A stretch of DNA of 64,000 bases, from positions 3,987 through 67,986 of the forward strand of contig JAKQEM010000032.1 of NCBI GenBank assembly GCA_029558515.1, read 5' to 3'. The notes beneath the pieces are model-generated. The model did not search any database. It saw nothing but the letters and a program-made list of their open reading frames with translations, and was not told where the DNA came from. A program made the position numbers and the translations under genes. Shown here in pieces: positions 27,131-35,307 of the stretch. This DNA is from a bacterium. GTDB lineage: Bacteria; Patescibacteriota; Gracilibacteria; Peribacterales; Peribacteraceae. Every line of letters starts with the position of its first letter. Positions within the stretch are counted from its first letter, which is position 1.

Positions 27131-28372
27131 TTACTCCATAGCTTCTATTACTTCCCCTGTTCCCGTTTTAATGATGCTACTGCCACTGGCAGATTTGATC
27201 ACAGCACTACCGCTACCGATTTTCGTTGTCATAAATTCCACCTCATTTTTATTAATTTGTAGTGCTTTTGATTGGTCTGCGTTTACTGCTGCAATGTAAA
27301 AAAACTGCGAAGATTCCCCAAGCAAATACAATTTACTGCCAGTACCTATTTCCATAAGGGCAGGATGACTCGTTAATAGTTGAACTTCTCTCGGTTGCCC
27401 GCCTCCAATCATATAAGGGATGCGAGGGAAGATAGTTTGACCAAATAAAATTACAGAAACGAATATTGGAACCATTACTGTCTGAATAACGTAGGCTGCA
27501 AAATCGGGCTTAATGGTTTTTATTGGTTTGTGCAGCTCATCTTGGATAATAGAAACTAAAATATGTGTTCCTGCAACAGAGCTGAAAAACCAAGCAAAGA
27601 ATGTTCCTTGGCTTAGTTTTGTTTCATGGAACGAATCAAAATCAAAAATATCTATTCTGATTTTATTATAAGCATAGGTAAACAAAGCCGCGATAAATGC
27701 ATATAGGATTGCCTCGGTACATCTACGGATAAATAAGTGAATCGGCTTTTGGACGGATGTTTTTTCTTCTTTTGGTTTCTCCTCACTTGCAGCAACTTTT
27801 GGCTTCTCACTTTTTGGCGTTGACCGTTTTGAAAGGAATTTAAGGATTGTTGCCAATAGATAGAAAAAGCAAACGATCAATATTATCCATATTGATAGGC
27901 TTGCTGTCATTTTTAGCACAAAGCCCATTCCTCCTAACTCATCCAAAAATTTAAGATAAGGGGAAGATAGGTCGTATTTCCCTAAGCCGTCATATCGTAG
28001 TTTATCGGTAGAATATTTATTGGTTAATGCGGCAGCATTAAAAAGCTGGACGAATACGCTACTAATGAAATGTGACCAAAAAATAACTGTAATGCCAATT
28101 TTCACTCTTTCCCAACCACCATTGCTACTAAATGGAATATAGGTTTCCTTATTCCCAACATGCCAAGCCATCCATAAAATTATGGATAAAGGTATAAGAC
28201 ATAAAATTCCTGCAATTAAATATCTGGCATTTATGATGTCAAAACTGACAATCCCAAATCTTGCTAAAAAGGCATTAACAGTAAGAAATCCTAAAACATA
28301 CAATAGCGCTGCAAAGATGATTCCTAGCTGCGAAATATCCTTTAACCTTTCTAGGGTTAATTTCTTATCCAT
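27131..28372 (-). CDS. Multi-pass membrane hypothetical protein (low GC)
   Basis: 413 aa with many hydrophobic segments. Confidence 0.7.
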   Translation of the reverse strand: MDKKLTLERLKDISQLGIIFAALLYVLGFLTVNAFLARFGIVSFDIINARYLIAGILCLIPLSIILWMAWHVGNKETYIPFSSNGGWERVKIGITVIFWSHFISSVFVQLFNAAALTNKYSTDKLRYDGLGKYDLSSPYLKFLDELGGMGFVLKMTASLSIWIILIVCFFYLLATILKFLSKRSTPKSEKPKVAASEEKPKEEKTSVQKPIHLFIRRCTEAILYAFIAALFTYAYNKIRIDIFDFDSFHETKLSQGTFFAWFFSSVAGTHILVSIIQDELHKPIKTIKPDFAAYVIQTVMVPIFVSVILFGQTIFPRIPYMIGGGQPREVQLLTSHPALMEIGTGSKLYLLGESSQFFYIAAVNADQSKALQINKNEVEFMTTKIGSGSAVIKSASGSSIIKTGTGEVIEAME

Positions 28373-28697
28373 ATTGCCATTGTAGCCCTTATTGATAGAG
28401 CTTGCTTATAGCAAACTACTACGATGGTTCTACTAAACATTAGTAAGTAAATTCCTCTCTAAATCCATGTTCCTTTCAACAATAGGAAGATGTTTGAGTA
28501 CCTTATACCAATCAATCATTGCCTCTATGGTAGAGTTCGTAATAACGGCTCTACGGGCTGCCAACATTAGCATGTGCAAAGCGTTGCCTTAGGGTGACCT
28601 AAGGGGGCACCTTGTCTCCGAAGGTTGCTATAGATATAGATCCAAATCTTTCATAGCCTCACTACTTATCTAAGCTGACGAATGTATAGTTATTTGC

Positions 28698-29552
28698 ATG
28701 GATAGAAAAAATTTCAATGCGCACATTATAAGTCGATGCATAACTCAATTAAGATCTTCAAACGAAGTGGAGGTATGCGAGGGAATAATCCTAGCTGCAT
28801 ATCTCGTTGAGCAATCTTTCAAAACGGCACTCAGAGAAATCAATCCATTATTGATTTTTGAAACTGCAGGAGTCACATCTGAAAAGATTGCTAAGCTAAT
28901 AAATGGCAATTTATCTGCAATTGAGCTTCTCAAGCTCAAGACAATTCCGGCGCGCAAGCTGATTACTTTAATATGCGAATTCAAGACTGAATTAAAAATC
29001 GGCGAGAAAAATTTTCTCGAATTATTCGACGTAAGAAATGCGATTATTCATTCAACTGATGACGTTCCAGCATCAGATAACTCAGTGGAGACGGCGGTTT
29101 CAGCACTGAAGACAGCGCGGAATTTAATTGGAATTTGCACAAATATTCCTAGTAATCAAATTAACCCTCTAACATCAAGAGATTTTGAAAAACTCCAAGC
29201 AGAAAGAAGGGCTGCAAGAGAGACTTTGATTAAAGGCAAGATCAGAGAACATCAGGTAATTTATAATCAATTAAGCAGAGATGAAATTCAGCGCAAGATC
29301 AAAGAAAATAAGCCAAGAGAAGATAGCATGACTTGGATTGAGACCACAGTTAGATGCCCCGCCTGCGGAGAAGATTCATTCGATGCAATCACATCTGTAG
29401 ATGTCGATGTTAGCGATGGTCAAACAACAATGGATGCAGGGTCTTCTTGGTTCTGTCGTGTTTGTGGCTTGGATTTGACCGACTATGAAACCGATCTCGC
29501 ATATACAGCTTTGAACTTCCCTGCTGATCAGCAACATGAGCATTCCCAGTGA
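28698..29552 (+). CDS. HEPN-like protein with C-terminal zinc ribbon
   Basis: LVEQSFK...VRNAIIH (E...RxxxxH); CPAC...CRVC. Confidence 0.65.
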   Translation: MDRKNFNAHIISRCITQLRSSNEVEVCEGIILAAYLVEQSFKTALREINPLLIFETAGVTSEKIAKLINGNLSAIELLKLKTIPARKLITLICEFKTELKIGEKNFLELFDVRNAIIHSTDDVPASDNSVETAVSALKTARNLIGICTNIPSNQINPLTSRDFEKLQAERRAARETLIKGKIREHQVIYNQLSRDEIQRKIKENKPREDSMTWIETTVRCPACGEDSFDAITSVDVDVSDGQTTMDAGSSWFCRVCGLDLTDYETDLAYTALNFPADQQHEHSQ

Positions 29553-29653
29553 ATTCTAAGTTCAGAATGAATATACCCGCTTCGCAGAACATGAAGAAAA
29601 TCCAAAACATACCAACAAATCGCGCATGAAAAGGGCAAGCGGAAAGTCACTAC

Positions 29654-30367
29654 CTAAAGCCTTTGGAGGATGTCGAAAGCACTATTGCCGTTTCGGCGAT
29701 GGGTATCTGCTCTCAATCGCTCTCCGAATGCTTGTTTTGCTTTCGCCGTATACAATCGCGCATCGCTTACGGATTGGGCGAACTTTGGTCCGCGGAATAC
29801 ATCGTATTCATCGCCATCCTGCCATTCAGTATTGTGGAGATACCCGTACGCATGGAAAAGTATTTCTTCATTTGAAGATATTCTGCTTTTGACAAGCTCG
29901 CGTATTGCTTCTCGGTATTCAAGGACCTGGACGCTTGGGTGCTTCTTTGAGTGCCATTCGCCACCCCAGAAAGCTTCGAGCATTCCATCCTCACCTGAGG
30001 GGCGATACTTGATGTCTCCCCACTGTTTCAATTCTACGAGACTTAGGCTCGGATACTCTCCGGGTAATCGCTTTGAATAAGGTTTCATTTTTCCGCAGAG
30101 CACCGCATCAATGCGTCCTTTTGTTCTTAGGCAATACTCCAGGACGACAATCCTTCCCCTCGTCGCATATCCCAATGCAAGTACTTCCGCGAGAGCGGGA
30201 AGTGAGTTCTTCCATGAACGATACAGAGAATCCTCAGCGTCCCTCCGGTAAATATCTTTGTGCGTTCCTGAAAGCTGATCTGCCAGCAGTTCGCCATCTT
30301 CCCGTCGGGCGATCGGAATGAATTCCGTCACGGGAGCCGCATAGTAATACAGGTCATGTTGATTCAT
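29654..30367 (-). CDS. Stand-alone nuclease-like domain resembling the N-terminus of DUF2075 proteins
   Basis: SWKNSL, LEY...RIDAVL, LVELKQW, HPSVQVLEY, YLHN. Confidence 0.65.
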   Translation of the reverse strand: MNQHDLYYYAAPVTEFIPIARREDGELLADQLSGTHKDIYRRDAEDSLYRSWKNSLPALAEVLALGYATRGRIVVLEYCLRTKGRIDAVLCGKMKPYSKRLPGEYPSLSLVELKQWGDIKYRPSGEDGMLEAFWGGEWHSKKHPSVQVLEYREAIRELVKSRISSNEEILFHAYGYLHNTEWQDGDEYDVFRGPKFAQSVSDARLYTAKAKQAFGERLRADTHRRNGNSAFDILQRL

Positions 30368-30719
30368 GGGGTTCGAGAGTTTATCACAGCATGGATTTGA
30401 TCAAATGCCAGAAGGCTAAGTACTGTTCGGGATTGTTCGGATTACTAACCACGACACCGAAAGGTAGACCCCCTCGAAAACCGACCTTGGGAATGCTCTC
30501 TGGGACTCATAGGTGGGGTGTGTAACGGTGCTGCTCTGCCATAAACCACGCGCTCGCTGCGCTGCTTGGGTACATGGCAAGCCAACATCAATGTGTGGGG
30601 TGCATGGCAAGCCGCCTTGTTCTACCGGGGCATGGTACTGCTCCGGCCTCGCTCGTGGTCTTTGTCCTCGCTGTGCTCGAACTCCGACCATCTGCTTGAG
30701 TAGCCGAGGCGAGAAGAGA

Positions 30720-31217
30720 TCACTCTTCCGTCCCCCCGTCGTTGGCTACGTCGATCCGCACTGCGGAAAAATCTTTCTCCAGTGAGAGGACGATCAAAAT
30801 ACCTTCGTCGGATTTTTCAAAGAAGAGCGATTTTTCCTGCGCATCCTCCTCCCATTGGCTCATGTCCATCACCTGGGCAATGATCTCCTCTTCCGTCGAC
30901 TCCCATCCCGCACTCTGCAATCCCCGGATGTACGCCAAGACTTGCTCCTTATTCGTCTGCCCGAATGACACCGACCACATCGTGTTCCCCGCGATGGTGA
31001 CGGCCCCGCCGTCCGTAATCTCCGCACCGGTGAATTGCGGTACGGCGGCGGGAAGGGTGGCGGGCCATTCCCCGCTGCCCGATCCTTCTTCTTCCGCGAC
31101 GGGGGGAGCGATATCGGTGTCGTCGGCGGATGAGGGGACATCCGTCTGCGGCGCGCAGCCTCCCATGAGAAGCAAAAAAGCGGCAAAGAACACCGTACCG
31201 ATCAATGAATGCTTCAT
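30720..31217 (-). CDS. Putative lipoprotein
   Basis: Signal peptide ending LLMGGC; acidic mature domain. Confidence 0.7.
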   Translation of the reverse strand: MKHSLIGTVFFAAFLLLMGGCAPQTDVPSSADDTDIAPPVAEEEGSGSGEWPATLPAAVPQFTGAEITDGGAVTIAGNTMWSVSFGQTNKEQVLAYIRGLQSAGWESTEEEIIAQVMDMSQWEEDAQEKSLFFEKSDEGILIVLSLEKDFSAVRIDVANDGGTEE

Positions 31218-31462
31218 GGAAAAAGAGGGAAAATGGGAGTAGAAATGCGCGTCCGGCGGATGAAGGACGATGCAGACAGTGCTGATGGACGATCATCCTA
31301 CCATTGCGCGGAAAATGCAAATTTCACTGCGTCCTTGGACGACATGCATTGCGAGTCCGGCGCTGCATCCAATTAGATGGTTGCATCGTCCATAGCGCGT
31401 TGTACCGATGGATCACTGTGCCGGAGAGGCTTGTGTGAATTCCCCGTGGGGCTGCCAACGCA

Positions 31463-31657
31463 TCATTCCTCAAATGAGAAAAGTTCATCGATGCTCACAC
31501 CCAAAGTTGCGGCGACAGTATGTGCAAGGAGAAGGGAAGGATTGTATTTCCCCTGCTCCAAAAACACGATCGTCTCGCGACGCACCCCGACGACTTTCGC
31601 CAACTGTTCCTGCGTCATGCCTTTCCCTGTCCTGAGCTCACGGATGCGGTTATGCAT
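31463..31657 (-). CDS. XRE-family HTH regulator
   Basis: [42 protein letters not shown]. Confidence 0.9.
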   Translation of the reverse strand: MHNRIRELRTGKGMTQEQLAKVVGVRRETIVFLEQGKYNPSLLLAHTVAATLGVSIDELFSFEE

Positions 31658-32036
31658 GGAGAGAACGGCGACGAAGGATCGAAACAAGAGCGGAATAGAG
31701 CAACATGATGCCGCACGTCGAGTAGGCGAGCACGGAAGCAATGACGGCAAAATGGATGTTGCGTTCCTGATAGGCATACAGCACAAACATGCACAGCACG
31801 GCACCGAGACTGAAAATTTGGACTGTCCAGCGCGCGGCAGTGCCGCTTAGCGCATCATCACGCTCATCGGCAATCACCTCTCTGACGCGGCGGCGCAGGA
31901 AGAAAAGCACAAGAATCGCAACGATGATGGCAACAACGGGCCAGAAGTACTCCTGGCGCACAACGGACGATGAAACGAACGCAGCGAGCAGCATGACGAT
32001 GATGATGCGGGCAACGGTGTACTGCTTGAGAGACAT
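31650..32036 (-). CDS. DUF2178-like membrane protein
   Basis: 4 TM segments with a VIADERD motif; overlaps the XRE gene, a common pairing. Confidence 0.75.
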   Translation of the reverse strand: MSLKQYTVARIIIVMLLAAFVSSSVVRQEYFWPVVAIIVAILVLFFLRRRVREVIADERDDALSGTAARWTVQIFSLGAVLCMFVLYAYQERNIHFAVIASVLAYSTCGIMLLYSALVSILRRRSLHA

Positions 32037-32214
32037 GGGAGATGGGGAAGATGCCCGTATGTTATATATTTCTAACACTACGGTCAAGAGCATTCGGGAG
32101 GGGCTCACAAATCAACGCCCATTTGGCAATGTACAATCTCTCGCGCCAGAAATTTGGCACCTTTTGGAGGGAGTCTGCGGGGCATAGGCACGGCAGAGTG
32201 CGTGCCATGCACAA

Positions 32215-32236
32215 GAAAAAAGCGACCGAAGCCGCT
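32215..32236 (-). terminator. Intrinsic terminator
   Basis: Minus strand AGCGGC-TTCG-GTCGCT followed by TTTTTT. Confidence 0.75.
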
Positions 32237-32266
32237 CTTTCCTTTGAGTTGGGAATGGAGAACTGC

Positions 32267-32305
32267 TTAGCAGCAGCCACCACAGCAACCGTCGCCACCG
32301 ATCAT
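32267..32305 (-). CDS. 12-aa Cys-rich micro-ORF MIGGDGCCGGCC
   Basis: Has its own promoter, a pyrimidine-rich leader and a terminator. Confidence 0.5.
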   Translation of the reverse strand: MIGGDGCCGGCC

Positions 32306-32334
32306 AGGAAAGGGAGAAAGGAAGTAGGATCGCA

Positions 32335-32387
32335 ATGATAGCAGATGCCCCTTCCCATGTCTAGCACTCTCAGAGGAAGAGTGAAAA
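32335..32387 (-). promoter_or_regulatory. sigma70 promoter overlapped by a CIRCE-like (HrcA) operator
   Basis: Minus strand TAGACA-N17-TATCAT with extended -10 TG; plus strand CTAGCACTC-N9-GAGTGAAAA at 32361-32387 (consensus TTAGCACTC-N9-GAGTGCTAA). Confidence 0.65.
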
Positions 32388-32448
32388 TTCTGTCTCATTC
32401 ACCCACCCGGCGGGAATGTGGCGCGTGGGGAGAGAGGGGTGAGGGAAA

Positions 32449-33276
32449 TCAGAAAGACTGCTTCCTCCCCAGTGCGTCGCGATGATACTGTCCGAATTCC
32501 GTCGTGCTGCGAACGGTTGCATTGTCCAGCACCGGCCCTTCCACGCATAACCGGATACCCGAAGGATCCACCGTGCAATTGCCGCACAGCCCGTAGCCGC
32601 ACTTCATGTACCGCTCGAAGGAAAGCTGCGCGGGGACGGCGTGCGCGTGCGCGAGATCGGAAACAGCCAGAAGCATGCGCTCGGGGCCGCAGGCGAGAAT
32701 AATGGTGGATGGTGAGTGGTGAGTGGTGAGGAACTGCGCAAGTACTTCAACGTTATATCCTGCGTGTCCCTCTGATCCGTCATCCGTGGCGATGTGGAGC
32801 GTCGTGCGTGGCAGTGCGGAGAGCTCCTCGATGTACAGCAAATGATCTTTGCTCCGCGCCCCCACGATGATATCGAGCGTGCAGCCGTCTTTCAGTGCTT
32901 CGTGCGCCGCAAAATACATGGGTGCCGCGCCGTACCCTCCCGCAACCAACATAAGATGCTGCTTCTTTTTCCATGTGTAGTGCGTTCCGAACGGCCCGCG
33001 CAAACCGATCAGATCGCCTTTTTTGCACTTCGCCAATTCCTTCGTCATATCCCCCACCGCAAAGAACGTCACACGCAGATGCTTCCCATCATCGAAGGCA
33101 ACGCTCATCGGAATCTCATCGACGCCCGGCAGCCACAGCATCACGAATTGTCCGGGCAACGCCCCCAGCGACCCGTCGAACGTGAACGTCTGCACCATAT
33201 CGGTCTCGCGTTTGGTTTCTAGGATCCGATACGTTTTGGGCAGCCGGGATTGGAGGGGAATGTTCTGCACAGGCAT
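32449..33276 (-). CDS. pyrK: Dihydroorotate dehydrogenase electron-transfer subunit
   Basis: PGQFVML, RGPFG, VAGGYGAAP, ACGPE, MKCGYGLCGNC...CVEGPV. Confidence 0.92.
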   Translation of the reverse strand: MPVQNIPLQSRLPKTYRILETKRETDMVQTFTFDGSLGALPGQFVMLWLPGVDEIPMSVAFDDGKHLRVTFFAVGDMTKELAKCKKGDLIGLRGPFGTHYTWKKKQHLMLVAGGYGAAPMYFAAHEALKDGCTLDIIVGARSKDHLLYIEELSALPRTTLHIATDDGSEGHAGYNVEVLAQFLTTHHSPSTIILACGPERMLLAVSDLAHAHAVPAQLSFERYMKCGYGLCGNCTVDPSGIRLCVEGPVLDNATVRSTTEFGQYHRDALGRKQSF

Positions 33277-33308
33277 AGAACGACAGAAGTATAGTGTGGA
33301 AACCAAGA

Positions 33309-33343
33309 AAATGATAAATGCAAAATGCTAAATGCTAAATGGT
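33309..33343. repeat. Heptamer tandem repeat (AAATGNW)x5, left arm of cassette 1
   Basis: AAATGAT AAATGCA AAATGCT AAATGCT AAATGGT. Confidence 0.75.
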
Positions 33344-33378
33344 ATGTTACAGAGCAGATCAGCCACCATACTGTGTGC

Positions 33379-33726
33379 ATGAATCCAATACGCGATCAAT
33401 CGTACACGTTCGCCATCCATATCGTACAATTCTGCACCAAACTGCAAGAGCAAAAGGAATATGTCCTCAGCAAACAATTATTACGCTCCGGCACGAGCAT
33501 AGGTGCAAATATCGAAGAGGCTCAAAAAGCCCAAACCAAGAAGGACTTTACATACAAGTGTTCTATCTCATTAAAAGAAGCTTACGAAAGCAGATATTGG
33601 CTGCGACTGCTTTGTGATAGCGGTATTGTTACCTCACACACTACAGCATCACTCCTTGAAGAAATCGACCAAATCATTCGAATCCTTTCTGCGATCGTCA
33701 AAACAGCAAGCACTCAGACGGAATGA
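33379..33726 (+). CDS. Four-helix-bundle protein (23S rRNA IVS-protein family), antisense within the pyr cluster
   Basis: LSKQLLRSGTSIGANIEEAQ...SLKEAYESRYWLRLL. Confidence 0.9.
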   Translation: MNPIRDQSYTFAIHIVQFCTKLQEQKEYVLSKQLLRSGTSIGANIEEAQKAQTKKDFTYKCSISLKEAYESRYWLRLLCDSGIVTSHTTASLLEEIDQIIRILSAIVKTASTQTE

Positions 33727-34708
33727 TCCTGTACCCAACATTGTATCTCTCAAATGACATTTTGCATTTCCCATTCTGCATTCGTCTATGCATGGAACCC
33801 GTCAATTCCGCAATGTCCTTCACTCCCTCAGCCTCACACCACTCCCTCATTTCATCGCAGACTTTCCGGAAGACATCCTGCCCCCGCGCCCACACCGCCG
33901 TGCCGATGCCGATGAGAGACGCACCCGCGAGCAGCAGTTCGATGGCATCCTCGCCCGTATGCACCCCGCCCGTCCCGATGATCGGCAGCTTCCCCTCCGT
34001 GATGGCATAGACGTCCGCGATGCACCGCACCGCGAGCGGCTTGATGGCAGGCCCCGAGATACCGCCGACTCTGTTCGCCAGAATCGGCATGCGGCTCTTC
34101 AGATCGATTGCCATGCCGGGGCCGGCGGTATTGATGACCGTGAAGCCGTCGGCACCCGCCTCGGCACAGGAACGAGCCACTTCCGCGATGGAGAGGGCAT
34201 TGGGAGAGAGTTTGATGAAAACGGGGGTCTTGCCGGACACCTGCTTCACGGCACGCGTGACCGATGCCGCATCCGCCGGACTGCAGGCGAAGGGCTTGCC
34301 GAATTCATCTTCCACGTTGGGGCAGCTGATGTTCACCTCCAGGAAATCGGGCTTCAGGGGCAGCAACGCTTCTGCGGTGAGCGCATAGTGTTCGACGGAT
34401 TCCGCAATGATATTGAGGATGAGGGGAACGGGTTGATCCGCCATGTACGACTCGATCTCCTGCCGCGCCTTCTCCGGCCCCGCATCCGGCACTCCGACGG
34501 CATTGAGCGTCCAGTGATCCGTCGAAATGATGGTGGGATTGCGGTGCCCCCGGTGCTCGTGCAGCCAGATCGACTTCGTCGTGATGGCACCCGCTCCGCC
34601 CACGGTCGCCACACGCCGCCACGAAGATGCGGTGATACCCAGAATGCCCGAAGCAAGGACGGTGGGGTTGGGGAAGGAGACGCCGAGGAGGGATTGAGTC
34701 AAATTCAC
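33698..34708 (-). CDS. pyrD: Dihydroorotate dehydrogenase (family 1B)
   Basis: LASGI, ITTKS, EVNISCPN, IKLSPN, GGISGPAIKP; GTG start at 34708; C-terminus runs through the repeat arm. Confidence 0.92.
   Translation of the reverse strand: MNLTQSLLGVSFPNPTVLASGILGITASSWRRVATVGGAGAITTKSIWLHEHRGHRNPTIISTDHWTLNAVGVPDAGPEKARQEIESYMADQPVPLILNIIAESVEHYALTAEALLPLKPDFLEVNISCPNVEDEFGKPFACSPADAASVTRAVKQVSGKTPVFIKLSPNALSIAEVARSCAEAGADGFTVINTAGPGMAIDLKSRMPILANRVGGISGPAIKPLAVRCIADVYAITEGKLPIIGTGGVHTGEDAIELLLAGASLIGIGTAVWARGQDVFRKVCDEMREWCEAEGVKDIAELTGSMHRRMQNGKCKMSFERYNVGYRIIPSECLLF
33758..33785. repeat. Heptamer tandem repeat (CATTYNN)x4, inverted right arm of cassette 1
   Basis: CATTTTG CATTTCC CATTCTG CATTCGT. 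Confidence 0.7.
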
Positions 34709-34710
34709 GA

Positions 34711-34742
34711 ATAACAGAATATCAGAGTAACAGAGTAACAGG
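34711..34742. repeat. Octamer tandem repeat (RTAACAGA-like)x4, left arm of cassette 2
   Basis: ATAACAGA ATATCAGA GTAACAGA GTAACAGG. Confidence 0.75.
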
Positions 34743-34870
34743 GAGTATTTGTTCCATGAGGAAAAAGAACGTCGATATATCGCTCGTACAAGCGCAATTT
34801 GAAACAATCACATCATAAAGAAATTCCCAAATCTCTTTTCCCTATAGCACATCAGATGGACAATTCACCA

Positions 34871-35236
34871 ATGCAACATTTTACAGATCTCAAAGTATGG
34901 ACCATCGGCATGGATCTTGCCTGTGAAATTTACAAACTCACACGAAAACTGCCCAAGGAAGAACTCTATGGCATCACATCGCAACTACGAAGAAGTTCAA
35001 CCAGCATTCTCGCAAATATTGCAGAGGGATTTGGTCGCTACACTTTTCGAGACAAAGCTGCAAAATACACCATCTCAAGAGGTGAATGTTCGGAAGTCGA
35101 AGCATTTCTTTTGATTATCGTCGCAATCGGATACGTATCCGAAAAGGACATTCAACAAGCGCGAGCTCGCATCCGACATGAACGCCAAATGCTTTCCGGT
35201 TTGATTGCCGCATGCAAACGCCACGGAGACGGCTGA
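34871..35236 (+). CDS. Four-helix-bundle protein (23S rRNA IVS-protein family), antisense within the pyr cluster
   Basis: FTDLKVW...LPKEELYGITSQLRRSSTSILANIAEGFGR...ISRGECSEV. Confidence 0.9.
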   Translation: MQHFTDLKVWTIGMDLACEIYKLTRKLPKEELYGITSQLRRSSTSILANIAEGFGRYTFRDKAAKYTISRGECSEVEAFLLIIVAIGYVSEKDIQQARARIRHERQMLSGLIAACKRHGDG

Positions 35237-35245
35237 TCCTGTTCC

Positions 35246-35303
35246 TCCGTTATTCCGTTACTCCCTTATTCCGTTACTCCGTTACTCCGTTACTCCTCGT
35301 TAC
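35246..35303. repeat. Octamer tandem repeat (TCCGTTAY)x6+, inverted right arm of cassette 2
   Basis: TCCGTTAT TCCGTTAC TCCCTTAT TCCGTTAC TCCGTTAC TCCGTTAC; reverse complement GTAACGGA matches the left arm GTAACAGA. Confidence 0.8.
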
Positions 35304-35307
35304 GCCT

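Noticed and set aside
30664-30710. Functional tRNA gene
   Set aside because: Too short and lacks D and anticodon arms; kept only as a possible remnant. No intact tRNA or rRNA was recognised in the window.
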